Assembly: GCA_043811535.1 (NCBI GenBank) | Contig: JBDRNC010000029.1 | Location: 17,459-81,458, forward strand | DNA: 64,000 nucleotides | DNA from: Elusimicrobiota bacterium | GTDB lineage: Bacteria > Elusimicrobiota > Endomicrobiia > Endomicrobiales > JBDRNC01 | Direction: 5' to 3' | Part shown: positions 1-9,234 of the stretch, piece by piece | Layout of the letters: every line of letters begins with the position of its first letter | How positions within the stretch are numbered: the stretch's first letter is position 1 | Notes under the pieces: generated by a model | The model's input: only the letters and a program-made list of their open reading frames with translations | What the model was told of the DNA's origin: nothing | The model's database searches: none | Made by a program: the position numbers and the translations under genes

Positions 1-325
1 CAATAATATCCTTCTTTTTTGTGAAATATTTAAGGGCTACATGCGCTCCGACAAAGCCGTGCAGGAGTTTCGGGTTATATTTCATTATCTCCGCGCGGAA
101 AGGTATTTTCAGTCCGTTCCTTTTGACGTACCGGACGAGTTCTTTAGGCCCGTATATTCTGCCGACGTCGTGCAGCATGCCCGCGAGCCCGGCGTCCTTT
201 ATGGAAACGCGGTGCTTCACGGCGAGCATAACCGCGGCGCGCGTGACGCCCAGTGAATGCTTGAATTTGGCGCTATCCAGGCGCTTTTTAATGAAATTCG
301 CGGCTTTTTCAGTTATAGATTCCAT
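1..325 (-). CDS. yqeK: HD-domain Ap4A hydrolase YqeK-like (partial, runs off window start)
   Basis: Manual translation from ATG at 325: MESITEKAANFIKKRLDSAKFKHSLGV...GMLHDVGR...LLHGFVGA. H..HD..H motifs; overlaps the nadD stop, the usual nadD-yqeK arrangement. Confidence 0.85.
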   Translation of the reverse strand, partial: MESITEKAANFIKKRLDSAKFKHSLGVTRAAVMLAVKHRVSIKDAGLAGMLHDVGRIYGPKELVRYVKRNGLKIPFRAEIMKYNPKLLHGFVGAHVALKYFTKKKDII

Positions 326-932
326 TTTTAATTATGTATGAGGCTACAGCATTCGGAACTAGTCCTTTCAATTTATTCTTTAAGTCCGTCTTCCGTCTCC
401 CGTCTTCCGTCTTCCGGCTTGACTGGGCGAGCATCCTGATCCCGGTGGAAGAAACCGACGGAAGTGTTTTCCGGAGCACGTGGACGCGCCCCGCGGAAGG
501 CTTTCCGGGCTTGGCCGCGCCCTTTCTTACGCCCACGATGAGCTCGGACAATTCAAGTATCCTTCCGGGCCTTTTCCAGCTTTTGATATCCGCCAGGGAA
601 TCGGAACCTAATATGAAAAACAGCGCGGAACCGCGGTATTTCTTCGAGAAATGCTCCAGAGTCCTGTATGTGAAGACCGGTTTTCTCTTATTAAGTTCAA
701 AACGGCTTACGGAGAATGAGGGATGCGGTTTTATCGCGAGAGAAAGCATTTTTAACCTTCGGGACGGGTTGCTTAGCGCTTTATGCTTCTTGTGCGGAGG
801 TGTGAATGCCGGTATGAATATGACCTTGCCCAGCCTGAATTCTTTTTTTGCCAGCGACGCGAGTTTGAGATGGCCGGCGTGAACCGGATCGAAAGACCCG
901 CCGAAGAGGCCGATACGCTTTATTTTTACCAT
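309..932 (-). CDS. nadD: Nicotinate-nucleotide adenylyltransferase
   Basis: GLFGGSFDPVHAGH (HxGH), FILGSDS and VSSTGIR motifs; carries an in-frame heptamer-repeat insert (RKTEDGRRKT). Confidence 0.95.
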   Translation of the reverse strand: MVKIKRIGLFGGSFDPVHAGHLKLASLAKKEFRLGKVIFIPAFTPPHKKHKALSNPSRRLKMLSLAIKPHPSFSVSRFELNKRKPVFTYRTLEHFSKKYRGSALFFILGSDSLADIKSWKRPGRILELSELIVGVRKGAAKPGKPSAGRVHVLRKTLPSVSSTGIRMLAQSSRKTEDGRRKTDLKNKLKGLVPNAVASYIIKNGIYN

Positions 933-976
933 TAATGTTTATACGGTCTAAATTTTGGTGATGTTTCCGTTTGCTT

Positions 977-1093
977 AAATAAATACTAAATCTAAAACAC
1001 TAAACAAGCTCAAAACAGAAAATACAAAAGCAAAATTATTGAATATTTGAGTTTTGTATTTTGGATTTATTTAGAATTTAGAGTTTAGTGTTT
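977..1093. repeat. AT-rich imperfect inverted repeat built of (A)CTAAAT/ATTTAG-type units; related copy at 21406-21540
   Basis: aaatactaaatctaaaacactaaacaagctcaaaac...gttttgtattttggatttatttagaatttagagtttagtgttt. Confidence 0.8.
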
Positions 1094-1177
1094 ACTGAGA
1101 TAAGTCTAACAAAAAAGGGCTTAAAAAGCAATGCAGTTTATAACGACGATATCTGTCATCCGTCAACCGTCAACGTA

Positions 1178-2443
1178 TTATTGCCTCACCTCTCCGTGTC
1201 CGTATACTAAAAATTTCGTTGTCGTGAGTTCTTTCGCGCCCATCGTTCCGCGCGCGTGAAGCTTGTTAGTGGAGATGCCTATTTCGGCTCCGAGCCCGAA
1301 CACGCCGCCGTCATGCAGGCGCGTTGAGGCGTTGTGGAATACCGCCGCCGCGTCAACTTCGCGCAGGAATTTCTCCGCGGCTGCTTCATCCCCGGTGATT
1401 ATCGCTTCCGAGTGTCCGGAGCCGTATTTATTTATATGCGCTATCGCGTCTTCAAGCGAGTTGACCACTTTTATGGACAATTTCAGGGACAGGTATTCTT
1501 CCGACCAGTCCTCTTCAGACGCGTCCTTGACCTGCGGGACGACGGATTTCGTGACCTGGCAGCCGCGTATCTCCACGCCCTGCTTGAAATAGAGCTCGCA
1601 CAAGGACGGCAGCAGCTTATTGGCGGCATCCGAGTGGACAAGCAGCGTCTCCATCGCGTTGCACACGCCCGGGCGCTGGCATTTCGCGTTGACCGCTATC
1701 TTTTTCGCCATCTCGATATCGGCCGACTTGTCGATATACGTGTGGCACAGCCCCTTGCCGTGGGCCAGCACCGGCACCGTGGCGTGCTCGCGGACGAATT
1801 TTATCATCTCTTCGCCGCCGCGGGCTATTATAAGGTCTATAAGGTTGTCCAGTTTAATCATGTCTATTATCGCTTCGCGGTCGGCGACTTCGATGAACTG
1901 CAGCGCGCCTTCCGGCAGACCCGCCGAGTAGGCGGCCTTTGCGATTATCTTGACAAGAGCGTTGTTTGAGTTGATGGCTTCCGAACCGCCGCGCAGGATT
2001 ATTGCGTTGCCCGCTTTGATGCACAAGGCGGAGGCGTCGGCCGTCACGTTCGGGCGCGACTCGTAAATTATGCCGACAACTCCGAGCGGCACGCGCACGC
2101 GCCTGATTTTCAGCCCCGACGGCGGGTTCAATTCCTCTATTATCTCGCCGACCGGATCTTTCTGTGCGGCTATCTCGCGGATGCTTTTCGCCATGTCCTC
2201 CACGCGCTTGTCGTTAAGCGCGAGGCGGTCTATCAGGGCTTCCGAAAGGCCCGCTTCCTTCGCGGCGTCCACGTCGATCTCGTTCTGGAAAAGGATTTCT
2301 TTTTTCTGCGCCGAGACGGCTTCCGCGATCGCGATAAGTATCTTGCTTTTCGCCTCGCCGGAAAGAGCGGCAAGCGCGCGGCTCGCGATCTTCGCCTGCG
2401 CGGCCCGTGTAATGATGGTATTCTTAAGTTCAGTGCGTTCCAT
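1178..2443 (-). CDS. proA: Gamma-glutamyl phosphate reductase
   Basis: VPLGVVGIIYESRPNVT, VCNAMETLLVH, NASTRLHDG..GLGAEIGISTNKLHARG motifs. Confidence 0.97.
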   Translation of the reverse strand: MERTELKNTIITRAAQAKIASRALAALSGEAKSKILIAIAEAVSAQKKEILFQNEIDVDAAKEAGLSEALIDRLALNDKRVEDMAKSIREIAAQKDPVGEIIEELNPPSGLKIRRVRVPLGVVGIIYESRPNVTADASALCIKAGNAIILRGGSEAINSNNALVKIIAKAAYSAGLPEGALQFIEVADREAIIDMIKLDNLIDLIIARGGEEMIKFVREHATVPVLAHGKGLCHTYIDKSADIEMAKKIAVNAKCQRPGVCNAMETLLVHSDAANKLLPSLCELYFKQGVEIRGCQVTKSVVPQVKDASEEDWSEEYLSLKLSIKVVNSLEDAIAHINKYGSGHSEAIITGDEAAAEKFLREVDAAAVFHNASTRLHDGGVFGLGAEIGISTNKLHARGTMGAKELTTTKFLVYGHGEVRQ

Positions 2444-2448
2444 AAAAT

Positions 2449-2590
2449 TAATGGTTAGATGGTCAAATGGCTTAATGGCTGAAATATCAACTGCATGATC
2501 AAATTGTTAAATGGTCGTATGGCTAAAGACGTTAGCAATTTAACAATTTAGCAATTAAACCATTATCGTTATAAGCCATTTAACCATTTT
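2449..2590. repeat. Octamer-period inverted repeat (AATGGCTA/TAGCCATT family); related copies at 14872-14945, 24766-24841, 25626-25742
   Basis: aatggttagatggtcaaatggcttaatggct...ttagcaatttaacaatttagcaattaaaccatt. Confidence 0.85.
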
Positions 2591-4565
2591 TATCTTTTTT
2601 TATCCAATTCAGCAGTCCGCCGGCCAGGATAAGCTCCCTCTGGCGGGCGGTAAGGTCATAACGGAGCGTTATTTCCTTTTTTATCGAGCCGGAAGCTGAT
2701 TTAACCACGGCCTTTGTCTGCGCAACTCCGGCCTTGATATCCCTGACGATATCGCAGAGATTGACGCTGCCGCCCGTTTCAATAATGTCATAATCCAGGG
2801 AATTATCGAAAACAAGCGGTATTATGCCGAAATTTATTAGGTTCGCCAGGTGTATCCGCGCGAAAGATTTCGCGATAACGGCCCTTACGCCGAGATACCG
2901 CGGGGCCAGCGCGGCGTGTTCCCGCGACGAACCCTGTCCGTAATTGTCGCCGGCCGCTATGATGCCGCCGTTTTCCCGGGCAGATTCCTTCGCCCGCTTG
3001 ACGAATTCCTTGTCCACAGCGAAGAAGGCGTACTCGGAGATGGCCGGCAGGTTTGACCTCAGCGGCAGGATCTTGGCGCCCGCCGGCATTATATGGTCCG
3101 TAGTTATGTTGTCGCCAACCTTGATGAATACCTTCGGGGAAATCGGTCCTTCCATCCCCGAAAACTGCGGCAGAGGCTTTATGTTCGGCCCGCGGATTAT
3201 CTCAACTCTTGAGCCGTCCTTTGCAGGCGCGTAGAACATCTTCTCGTCTACAAGATAGGAAGCCGGGATCGCAATTCTCGGGCGAAGTCCCATTTTTCTG
3301 GGATCGGTAATTTTGCCGGCAAGCGCGGACGCGACGGCTGTTTCGGGCGAGCATAAATAAACCAGCGCGTCCTTAGTGCCGCTTCTTCCCTCAAAATTCC
3401 TGTTGAAAGTCCGCAGCGTCACCGCTCCGCTTGACGGGGCCTGTCCCATGCCGATACAGGGCCCGCACGCGTTCTCAAGTATCCTTGCGCCTGCCGATAT
3501 CATGTCCGAAAGCGCGCCTGATTTTGCCAGCATCGTGACCACCTGTCTTGAACCCGGAGAGATCACGAGGCTGACGTTCGGATTTATCTTTTTGCCTTTC
3601 AGCGCCTTAGCGACAAGCGTCATATCCGCCAGCGAGGAATTCGTGCAAGAGCCTATCGCAACCTGCTGGACGGGAGTCCCTTCCACGTCCTTCACTCTCT
3701 TTACGTTGTCCGGGCTGTGGGGGAGCGCTATCAGCGGCTCGAGAGAGCCCAGATCTATTTCAATTGTCTTATCGTAGGAGGCGTTTTTGTCTGCCTCAAG
3801 CCGCGGCACCTTAGAAGTATTTTTGTCTGCCTCAAGCCGCGTCCATGCCTTTGTCCTTTTCTGGAGCTTAAGGAACTCTGCCGTTATCTCGTCCGAAGGG
3901 AAAACAGAGGTCGTCGCGCCGAGTTCCGTGCCCATGTTGGTTATCGTCGCGCGTTCCGGAACCGAAAGCGTCTTGACTCCTGGTCCGGTGAATTCAAATA
4001 TCCTGCCGCGCCCGCCTTTAACGGAAAGCCTTTGCAGTAGTTCAAGTATGACGTCTTTCGCGCTGACCCAGGATTTCAGTTTTCCTGAAAGCCGCACTTC
4101 AACAATCTCGGGCATCGTAATATAGAAGGGCTCGCCTGCCATGGCACAGGCCACGTCCAGCCCGCCGGCGCCGAAAGCCAGCATCCCGAGCCCGCCCGCC
4201 GTGGGTGTGTGCGAATCGGAGCCGATAAGCGTCTGCCCCGGAGCGCCGAACCGCTCAAGATGGAGCTGGTGGCATATACCGTTTCCCGCGGGCGAAAATA
4301 TGATTCCGTATTTCGCGGCCGCGGACTGCAGGAACCTGTGGTCGTCCGCGTTTTCAAAGCCGGTCTGCAGGGTGTTATGGTCCACGTAACTTACCGAAAG
4401 TTTTGTGCGGACCTTTGGGACGCCCATGGACTCAAACTGCAGGTATGCCATGGTGCCCGTGGCGTCCTGGGTAAGCGTCTGGTCAATGCGCAGGCCTATT
4501 TCATTTCCTGTCTTCAGTTCTCCTGAAACAAGATGTTTTGACAGTATTTTTCGGGTGATATTCAT
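2580..4565 (-). CDS. acn: Aconitate hydratase (short, single-chain type)
   Basis: DQTLTQDATG, GICHQ, DSHT, IGSCTN, CGPCIG Fe-S cysteines, NRNFEGR, TTDHIMPAG, NYGQGSSREHA. Confidence 0.93.
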   Translation of the reverse strand: MNITRKILSKHLVSGELKTGNEIGLRIDQTLTQDATGTMAYLQFESMGVPKVRTKLSVSYVDHNTLQTGFENADDHRFLQSAAAKYGIIFSPAGNGICHQLHLERFGAPGQTLIGSDSHTPTAGGLGMLAFGAGGLDVACAMAGEPFYITMPEIVEVRLSGKLKSWVSAKDVILELLQRLSVKGGRGRIFEFTGPGVKTLSVPERATITNMGTELGATTSVFPSDEITAEFLKLQKRTKAWTRLEADKNTSKVPRLEADKNASYDKTIEIDLGSLEPLIALPHSPDNVKRVKDVEGTPVQQVAIGSCTNSSLADMTLVAKALKGKKINPNVSLVISPGSRQVVTMLAKSGALSDMISAGARILENACGPCIGMGQAPSSGAVTLRTFNRNFEGRSGTKDALVYLCSPETAVASALAGKITDPRKMGLRPRIAIPASYLVDEKMFYAPAKDGSRVEIIRGPNIKPLPQFSGMEGPISPKVFIKVGDNITTDHIMPAGAKILPLRSNLPAISEYAFFAVDKEFVKRAKESARENGGIIAAGDNYGQGSSREHAALAPRYLGVRAVIAKSFARIHLANLINFGIIPLVFDNSLDYDIIETGGSVNLCDIVRDIKAGVAQTKAVVKSASGSIKKEITLRYDLTARQRELILAGGLLNWIKKDKNG

Positions 4566-4625
4566 ACAGCTATTCTATAAAAAAATCCTTAAAAATTCAA
4601 GCATGAAACGGTAATGAAAACGCAT

Positions 4626-4657
4626 CCCCCGCCCTCCGTTTTCCGGAGAACGGGGGA
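4626..4657 (-). terminator. GC-rich hairpin downstream of the 4681-4950 gene
   Basis: tcccccgccctccgttttccggagaacgggg stem-loop. Confidence 0.5.
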
Positions 4658-4680
4658 CATGTGTTTTTCAGGCAGTCCGG

Positions 4681-4950
4681 CTACTTTGCCTCCGGAGTTT
4701 CGGGTTCTTCCGGAATTTCCGGTTTAGCCGTTTTTTTGCTCTTTTTTACTTTTTTCTTTGTCACTTTTTTCTTTGTCACTTTTTTCTTTTTCGTTTTCTT
4801 CTTGACTTCCTGTTTAGCGGGAGCATCTTCGGGACAGGCCGGAGCGACAGACACATCCGGTGTCACGGGCGCTTCTGTGTTTTCTTCGGACATGACAATG
4901 CCCGCAGTCAGAAAAACGAGCGTCATAACGGCGATAATGATTTTTTTCAT
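4681..4950 (-). CDS. Small secreted Lys-rich low-complexity protein
   Basis: Signal peptide MKKIIIAVMTLVFLTAGIVMS, strong RBS AAGGAGG, KKKVT tandem repeats. Confidence 0.75.
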   Translation of the reverse strand: MKKIIIAVMTLVFLTAGIVMSEENTEAPVTPDVSVAPACPEDAPAKQEVKKKTKKKKVTKKKVTKKKVKKSKKTAKPEIPEEPETPEAK

Positions 4951-5172
4951 TTGGGTTCACCTCCTTTTATTAGGATTGGTGAATGAAGGCTGTTAAGCCG
5001 GTGTTGTGAAGTCAAAAACTTCTCAAAACCGGGTTCAGCCGTTGCCGGGGGAACTAATTCTTTTGCAGGGGGATGATTATTTTTTTTTGGGGGGGGGGGT
5101 AATCTACACTACAACAAAATTGTCGCATTTTTTTCGCGGGCAGTCAAGTGCCTTCCACAGAAAATCTTTAAA

Positions 5173-5252
5173 GCGTAATGTGTGATGTGTAAAGTGTAAT
5201 GGAATTGATAAACCACAAAACTCATTACACATCAGATATTACGTATTACGCC
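5173..5252. repeat. Heptamer-period inverted repeat (GTAATGT/ACATTAC family)
   Basis: gcgtaatgtgtgatgtgtaaagtgtaatg...cattacacatcagatattacgtattacgc. Confidence 0.8.
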
Positions 5253-5285
5253 ATGTTAACTGTAACAGGGGAAAGTGAAAAATAC

Positions 5286-5314
5286 TTGACAAATAAAAGG
5301 ATTTTAAATATACT
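5286..5314 (+). promoter_or_regulatory. Sigma70-type promoter for the PilZ-synthase/HD-GYP operon
   Basis: TTGACA (5286-5291), 17 bp spacer, TATACT (5309-5314). Confidence 0.7.
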
Positions 5315-5501
5315 TTCCCTAAATGTGTCTTCCACCAGATTCAATCCCGCGTCATGGAATCTTTAAAGGTTTCGCGGGAGATCGCATATTTTGAGAAGCC
5401 TTCGGCTTCTGCCGGCGGAACTCCTCGAGAAAAGTCGCTGTTGTTTTCCCACAGAAAATGATTCAGAAGTAATCGTTTTTCAGGCAGTTGGGAGGCAGCC
5501 G

Positions 5502-7115
5502 ATGGCCCTTGACCGACGTTCGGTGACACGCTACACAATTTCCCGGCCCATGCAGGTTTACGTCGGGGAGAACCAGCCCGAGAAATACGACCCGGTAAAA
5601 CTCGTTGACCTTAACCTGGAATGCGCCAGGATAACCTCCGATAAAACCCTTACGACCGCCAACGGCGGCATCATGCTTTCCATAACGTTTCCCAGCACGA
5701 ATGAGAACATGCTGCGCCTGCCCGCCAAACTTGAAGAAGTCCGCACGTTTACCGATGAAAACCATTATATACTGAGATTTGTTTCCCTCGACGAAAAACA
5801 GAAGACGGGCCTTGAGGACTGCCTCAAGACATTGGCTGCTATATCCGACCGCAGGTTCAAGGAAAGCCCCGCGATGTCTATGTCCATAACGCGCACGTCC
5901 GATTACTACGAAAAACGCGTTACAAAACCGGTTTTTCTCAAGTGCATCCGCTACAACCGCATGGAGAAACTGATGGACCGCTCGCGGTACTACTACATGC
6001 GCGAGATTGAATCGGGCAACGAGACCTACCTGACCGTAAAAGGCAGGAGAATGCTCAATTTCGGCTCCAACAATTATCTCGGAATGGCGACGAATCCGGA
6101 AGTCAAGGAAGCCGCGATAAAAGCGATAGAAAAATACGGCGTCGGCTCGGGCGGAGTAAGGGTTCTGAGCGGTACGGTGGACCTTCATAACATGCTTGAA
6201 AAGAAACTCGCGCGGTTCAAGGGCGGCGAGGACTGCATAGTTTTCAGCACCGGTTACACCACGAATGTGGGCACGGTATCGGCGCTGCTTTCAAAGAACG
6301 ATTACGCTATAGTGGACGCGAAGGCCCACGCGAGCCTGATAGACGGGTGCATTCTTTCGGGCTCGCACCTGCAGGTATTCAAGCACAACGACATGCAGGA
6401 CCTTGAAAAAGAACTCGGGAAAATAGACGCGAAGGCCCCGAAAATGATAATTACCGACGGGGTGTTCAGCATGGACGGCGACGTCGCGAAACTGGACATA
6501 ATCTACGAGCTCGGAAAGAAATACAACGCCGCCGTGATGGTGGACGACGCGCATTCAACCGGAGTACTCGGCAAAACCGGAAGGGGAACCGCGGAGCATT
6601 TCGGCCTTGAAGGCAAGATAGACGTCGCTATGGGCACGCTTTCAAAAGCGCTCGGTGCTGTCGGCGGCTTCATAGTTTCAAAAAGCAAGGTCATACACTA
6701 TCTGAAACACAACAGCAGGGCCTTCGTATTCACGACAAGCCTCCCGCCCTCGGTTTCGGCGTCACTGCTGAAAGTCATAGAGATACTTGAGACGCAGCCG
6801 CAGTGGCACGAGCGCCTGTGGCGCAATATCAGGGTGGTCATGCGGGAACTTTACATTGCGGGTTTCAATACGGGGCAGTCGGAATCGGCGGTGATACCCA
6901 TAATACTCAGAGACGACCACAAGACCTACGAGATGACCGGCATGCTGGAAGAAGAGGGGGTATTCGTCAGCCCGGTAGTCTACCCGGCGGTGCGCAGGAA
7001 GGAAGGTCGCCTGCGCCTCAGCATAATGGCCACGCATACCGACCAGGATATACAGATGCTCATGGACAAGCTAAAAAAGACGGCGAAAAAACTCAATTTA
7101 ATCAGCGATAAATGA
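5502..7115 (+). CDS. PilZ-like domain fused to a PLP-dependent alpha-oxoamine synthase (BioF/Kbl/SPT/CqsA family)
   Basis: Start reassigned to ATG 5502 after GGGAGG RBS. N-terminus DRRSVTR (RxxxR) and VDLNLEC (degenerate DxSxxG). C-terminus FGSNNYLG, HASLIDG, FKHND, DGVFSMDGD, DDAH, GTLSKALG (PLP lysine). Confidence 0.85.
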   Translation: MALDRRSVTRYTISRPMQVYVGENQPEKYDPVKLVDLNLECARITSDKTLTTANGGIMLSITFPSTNENMLRLPAKLEEVRTFTDENHYILRFVSLDEKQKTGLEDCLKTLAAISDRRFKESPAMSMSITRTSDYYEKRVTKPVFLKCIRYNRMEKLMDRSRYYYMREIESGNETYLTVKGRRMLNFGSNNYLGMATNPEVKEAAIKAIEKYGVGSGGVRVLSGTVDLHNMLEKKLARFKGGEDCIVFSTGYTTNVGTVSALLSKNDYAIVDAKAHASLIDGCILSGSHLQVFKHNDMQDLEKELGKIDAKAPKMIITDGVFSMDGDVAKLDIIYELGKKYNAAVMVDDAHSTGVLGKTGRGTAEHFGLEGKIDVAMGTLSKALGAVGGFIVSKSKVIHYLKHNSRAFVFTTSLPPSVSASLLKVIEILETQPQWHERLWRNIRVVMRELYIAGFNTGQSESAVIPIILRDDHKTYEMTGMLEEEGVFVSPVVYPAVRRKEGRLRLSIMATHTDQDIQMLMDKLKKTAKKLNLISDK

Positions 7116-9079
7116 ACTGGCACATCACCAGCGCCATACTAGCCGGAATCTTCAGTTTTTCAATAGGCCTTTTCGTCTATCAGCGGAACAGGCAATCCCT
7201 TCCGAATAAGACGTTCTTCCTGATGAATATCAGCATTGCTCTATGGAACTTCGCCGATATTTTCATCATTTCAAGCCAGACCGCCGAACAGGCCCTTCTC
7301 GCCGATAGGATATCCTACATCGGCGCGTTCTTCATAGTTCCTTTCTTCACGCGCCTTAACTTCCTGCACACGGAAAACGCCGAGAGCCCTCTGTTCAAGC
7401 GCGTGTTTCTCTACGCGGTTGCCGGCGCGCTCGCGCTTTCGGCGCTGGATTTCACTCCGTTCTTCCTGATAAGCGTGACTCCAAACCCGTTCACCGAAGA
7501 GATAGGCCCGCTTTATTTCCTCTTCGTGGCGTACTTCTTGTTTTTCGTCTCTTTCAGCCTCTATCACCTGTTCCGCTGCTACCGCAACACTAATTCATAC
7601 GAGAAAAAGAACCGGCTCAAATACATATTTACCGCTCTTGTGATAGGCGTGATAGCCGTGTGCGTCTATTTCGCCACGCTTGTGGACAGGACGATACCGC
7701 CGGTACATTATTTCATAGAGATGGCATACCTGTCCATATTCGCTTACGTCATTGTGCGATACCACGCGATGGACATAAACATAATCTTTGAACGCAGCAC
7801 CGTGTACGCGGTGATGATAGCCGTTGTCACAACGATATACCTTGCCACGATATTCGTCATAGAGAATATACTGAAAGAGTTCATTGGGTACAGCTCTCTT
7901 GTCGCGAGGCTTCTTGCGGCGCTGATTATCGCGCTTACTTTCCTGCCTTTGCGCACGCGGATAGAGAACCTTATTGACAGGGTCTTTTTCAGGACAAGGT
8001 ACGAATATCTCGGCGCTTTGAAGAATTTCACCGACAGGCTTGTGCTGATACTCGAATTGAGGCAGTTGATGCAGACGATAGTGGATAACATCAGCCAGAT
8101 CTTGCAGGTTAATTGTGTTTCGCTACTTGTTTTCGACGAAGACGCAAAGGAATACCGGGTCAAGGCTTCCGTGGGTTTTGAAAACGTGATAAGGGACGTT
8201 AGTTTCAAGCACGACGCGCTCATAGTCCAGCACCTGAAATCCAGGCTCAAGTTCAAGCACCAGATGGCGCAGAAGAGCGAATTCTTCAAAGACAGGACCT
8301 GGGGATATCCGACGCTGGTCGATCAGATGGAGTCGCTGAAAGCCGAGCTTTTCATACCGCTGTTTTTCTCGGAAAAACTGATAGCGATACTTACCCTCGG
8401 CGACAAGAAGAGCGGCGAGTACTACAATTCCAGCGAGCTGCGCCTGCTCAAAACCCTGGCCAACCAGGCCGCGATCGCGCTTTCAAACGCGATGTCGTAC
8501 GACGAGCTGAAAAAGAACCTTCTTGGTACGATAGAAGCGCTTTCAACCGCGATAGAAGCCAAGGATGATTACACGCGCGGCCACTCCGAGCGCGTCGTAA
8601 AGATTGCAGTCGAGATAGCCAAGGAGATGAGTGTATCCCGGGACGAGATAGACATTTTGAGATACGCGGGCATGCTGCACGACATAGGAAAGATAGCGAT
8701 AGACGACAGCATACTCCACAAACCCTCGTCCCTTACCAGGGACGAACAGCGCAAAATAAAGGATCACCCGGAAATAGGCGAGAACATCATCGCGCCGATA
8801 AAATTTTTGGAAGACGCGAGGCAGATAATACGTAATCATCACGAGAGATGGGACGGCGAGGGCTATCCTGACAGGCTGGTGACGGAAAAGATACCGGTGC
8901 TTTCAAGGATACTTGCGGTCGCGGACGCTTTTGACGCGATGACATCGGTTCGTTCCTACAGGCCCGCGCGCTGTTCCGGAGAAGCGGTTGAAGAGATCAT
9001 GAAATGCGCGGGAAGCCAGTTTGACCCGTTGGTAATAGAAGCCTTCATGACGGCGCACAGAAAAGGGAATATACAATAA
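7112..9079 (+). CDS. 7TM (HisKA_7TM-like) - GAF - HD-GYP phosphodiesterase
   Basis: About 8-9 hydrophobic helices, GAF-type LILGDKKSGEYYNSSELRLLKTLANQAAIAL segment, YTRGHSERV, LHDIGK, HHERWDGEGYP, VADAFDAMTS.R.YR; ATGA overlap with upstream gene. Confidence 0.92.
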   Translation: MNWHITSAILAGIFSFSIGLFVYQRNRQSLPNKTFFLMNISIALWNFADIFIISSQTAEQALLADRISYIGAFFIVPFFTRLNFLHTENAESPLFKRVFLYAVAGALALSALDFTPFFLISVTPNPFTEEIGPLYFLFVAYFLFFVSFSLYHLFRCYRNTNSYEKKNRLKYIFTALVIGVIAVCVYFATLVDRTIPPVHYFIEMAYLSIFAYVIVRYHAMDINIIFERSTVYAVMIAVVTTIYLATIFVIENILKEFIGYSSLVARLLAALIIALTFLPLRTRIENLIDRVFFRTRYEYLGALKNFTDRLVLILELRQLMQTIVDNISQILQVNCVSLLVFDEDAKEYRVKASVGFENVIRDVSFKHDALIVQHLKSRLKFKHQMAQKSEFFKDRTWGYPTLVDQMESLKAELFIPLFFSEKLIAILTLGDKKSGEYYNSSELRLLKTLANQAAIALSNAMSYDELKKNLLGTIEALSTAIEAKDDYTRGHSERVVKIAVEIAKEMSVSRDEIDILRYAGMLHDIGKIAIDDSILHKPSSLTRDEQRKIKDHPEIGENIIAPIKFLEDARQIIRNHHERWDGEGYPDRLVTEKIPVLSRILAVADAFDAMTSVRSYRPARCSGEAVEEIMKCAGSQFDPLVIEAFMTAHRKGNIQ

Positions 9080-9082
9080 GGC

Positions 9083-9230
9083 AGTGACTAGGGGCTAGTC
9101 GCTAGTGACTGGTGACTAAATGCAGTGTCTGGTCGCTAGTGGCTAGTGACTAGTTAGTGACTTAAGCCGTTACCAGCCACCAGATACCAGCAACTAGTCA
9201 CAATAATTAAGTCACCAGACACCAGTCACT
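9083..9230. repeat. Heptamer-period inverted repeat (AGTGACT/AGTCACT family) between convergent genes
   Basis: agtgactaggggctagtcgctagtgactggtgact...ctagtcac...agtcaccagacaccagtcact. Confidence 0.85.
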
Positions 9231-9234
9231 GTCG

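Noticed and set aside
4995..5075. Riboswitch upstream of the Lys-rich protein
   Set aside because: Only a simple hairpin is visible; no recognisable aptamer consensus.
9083..9230. Periodic repeats as a CRISPR array
   Set aside because: Units are 7-8 bp degenerate tandems with no constant 25-40 bp repeat separated by unique spacers; no cas genes in the window.
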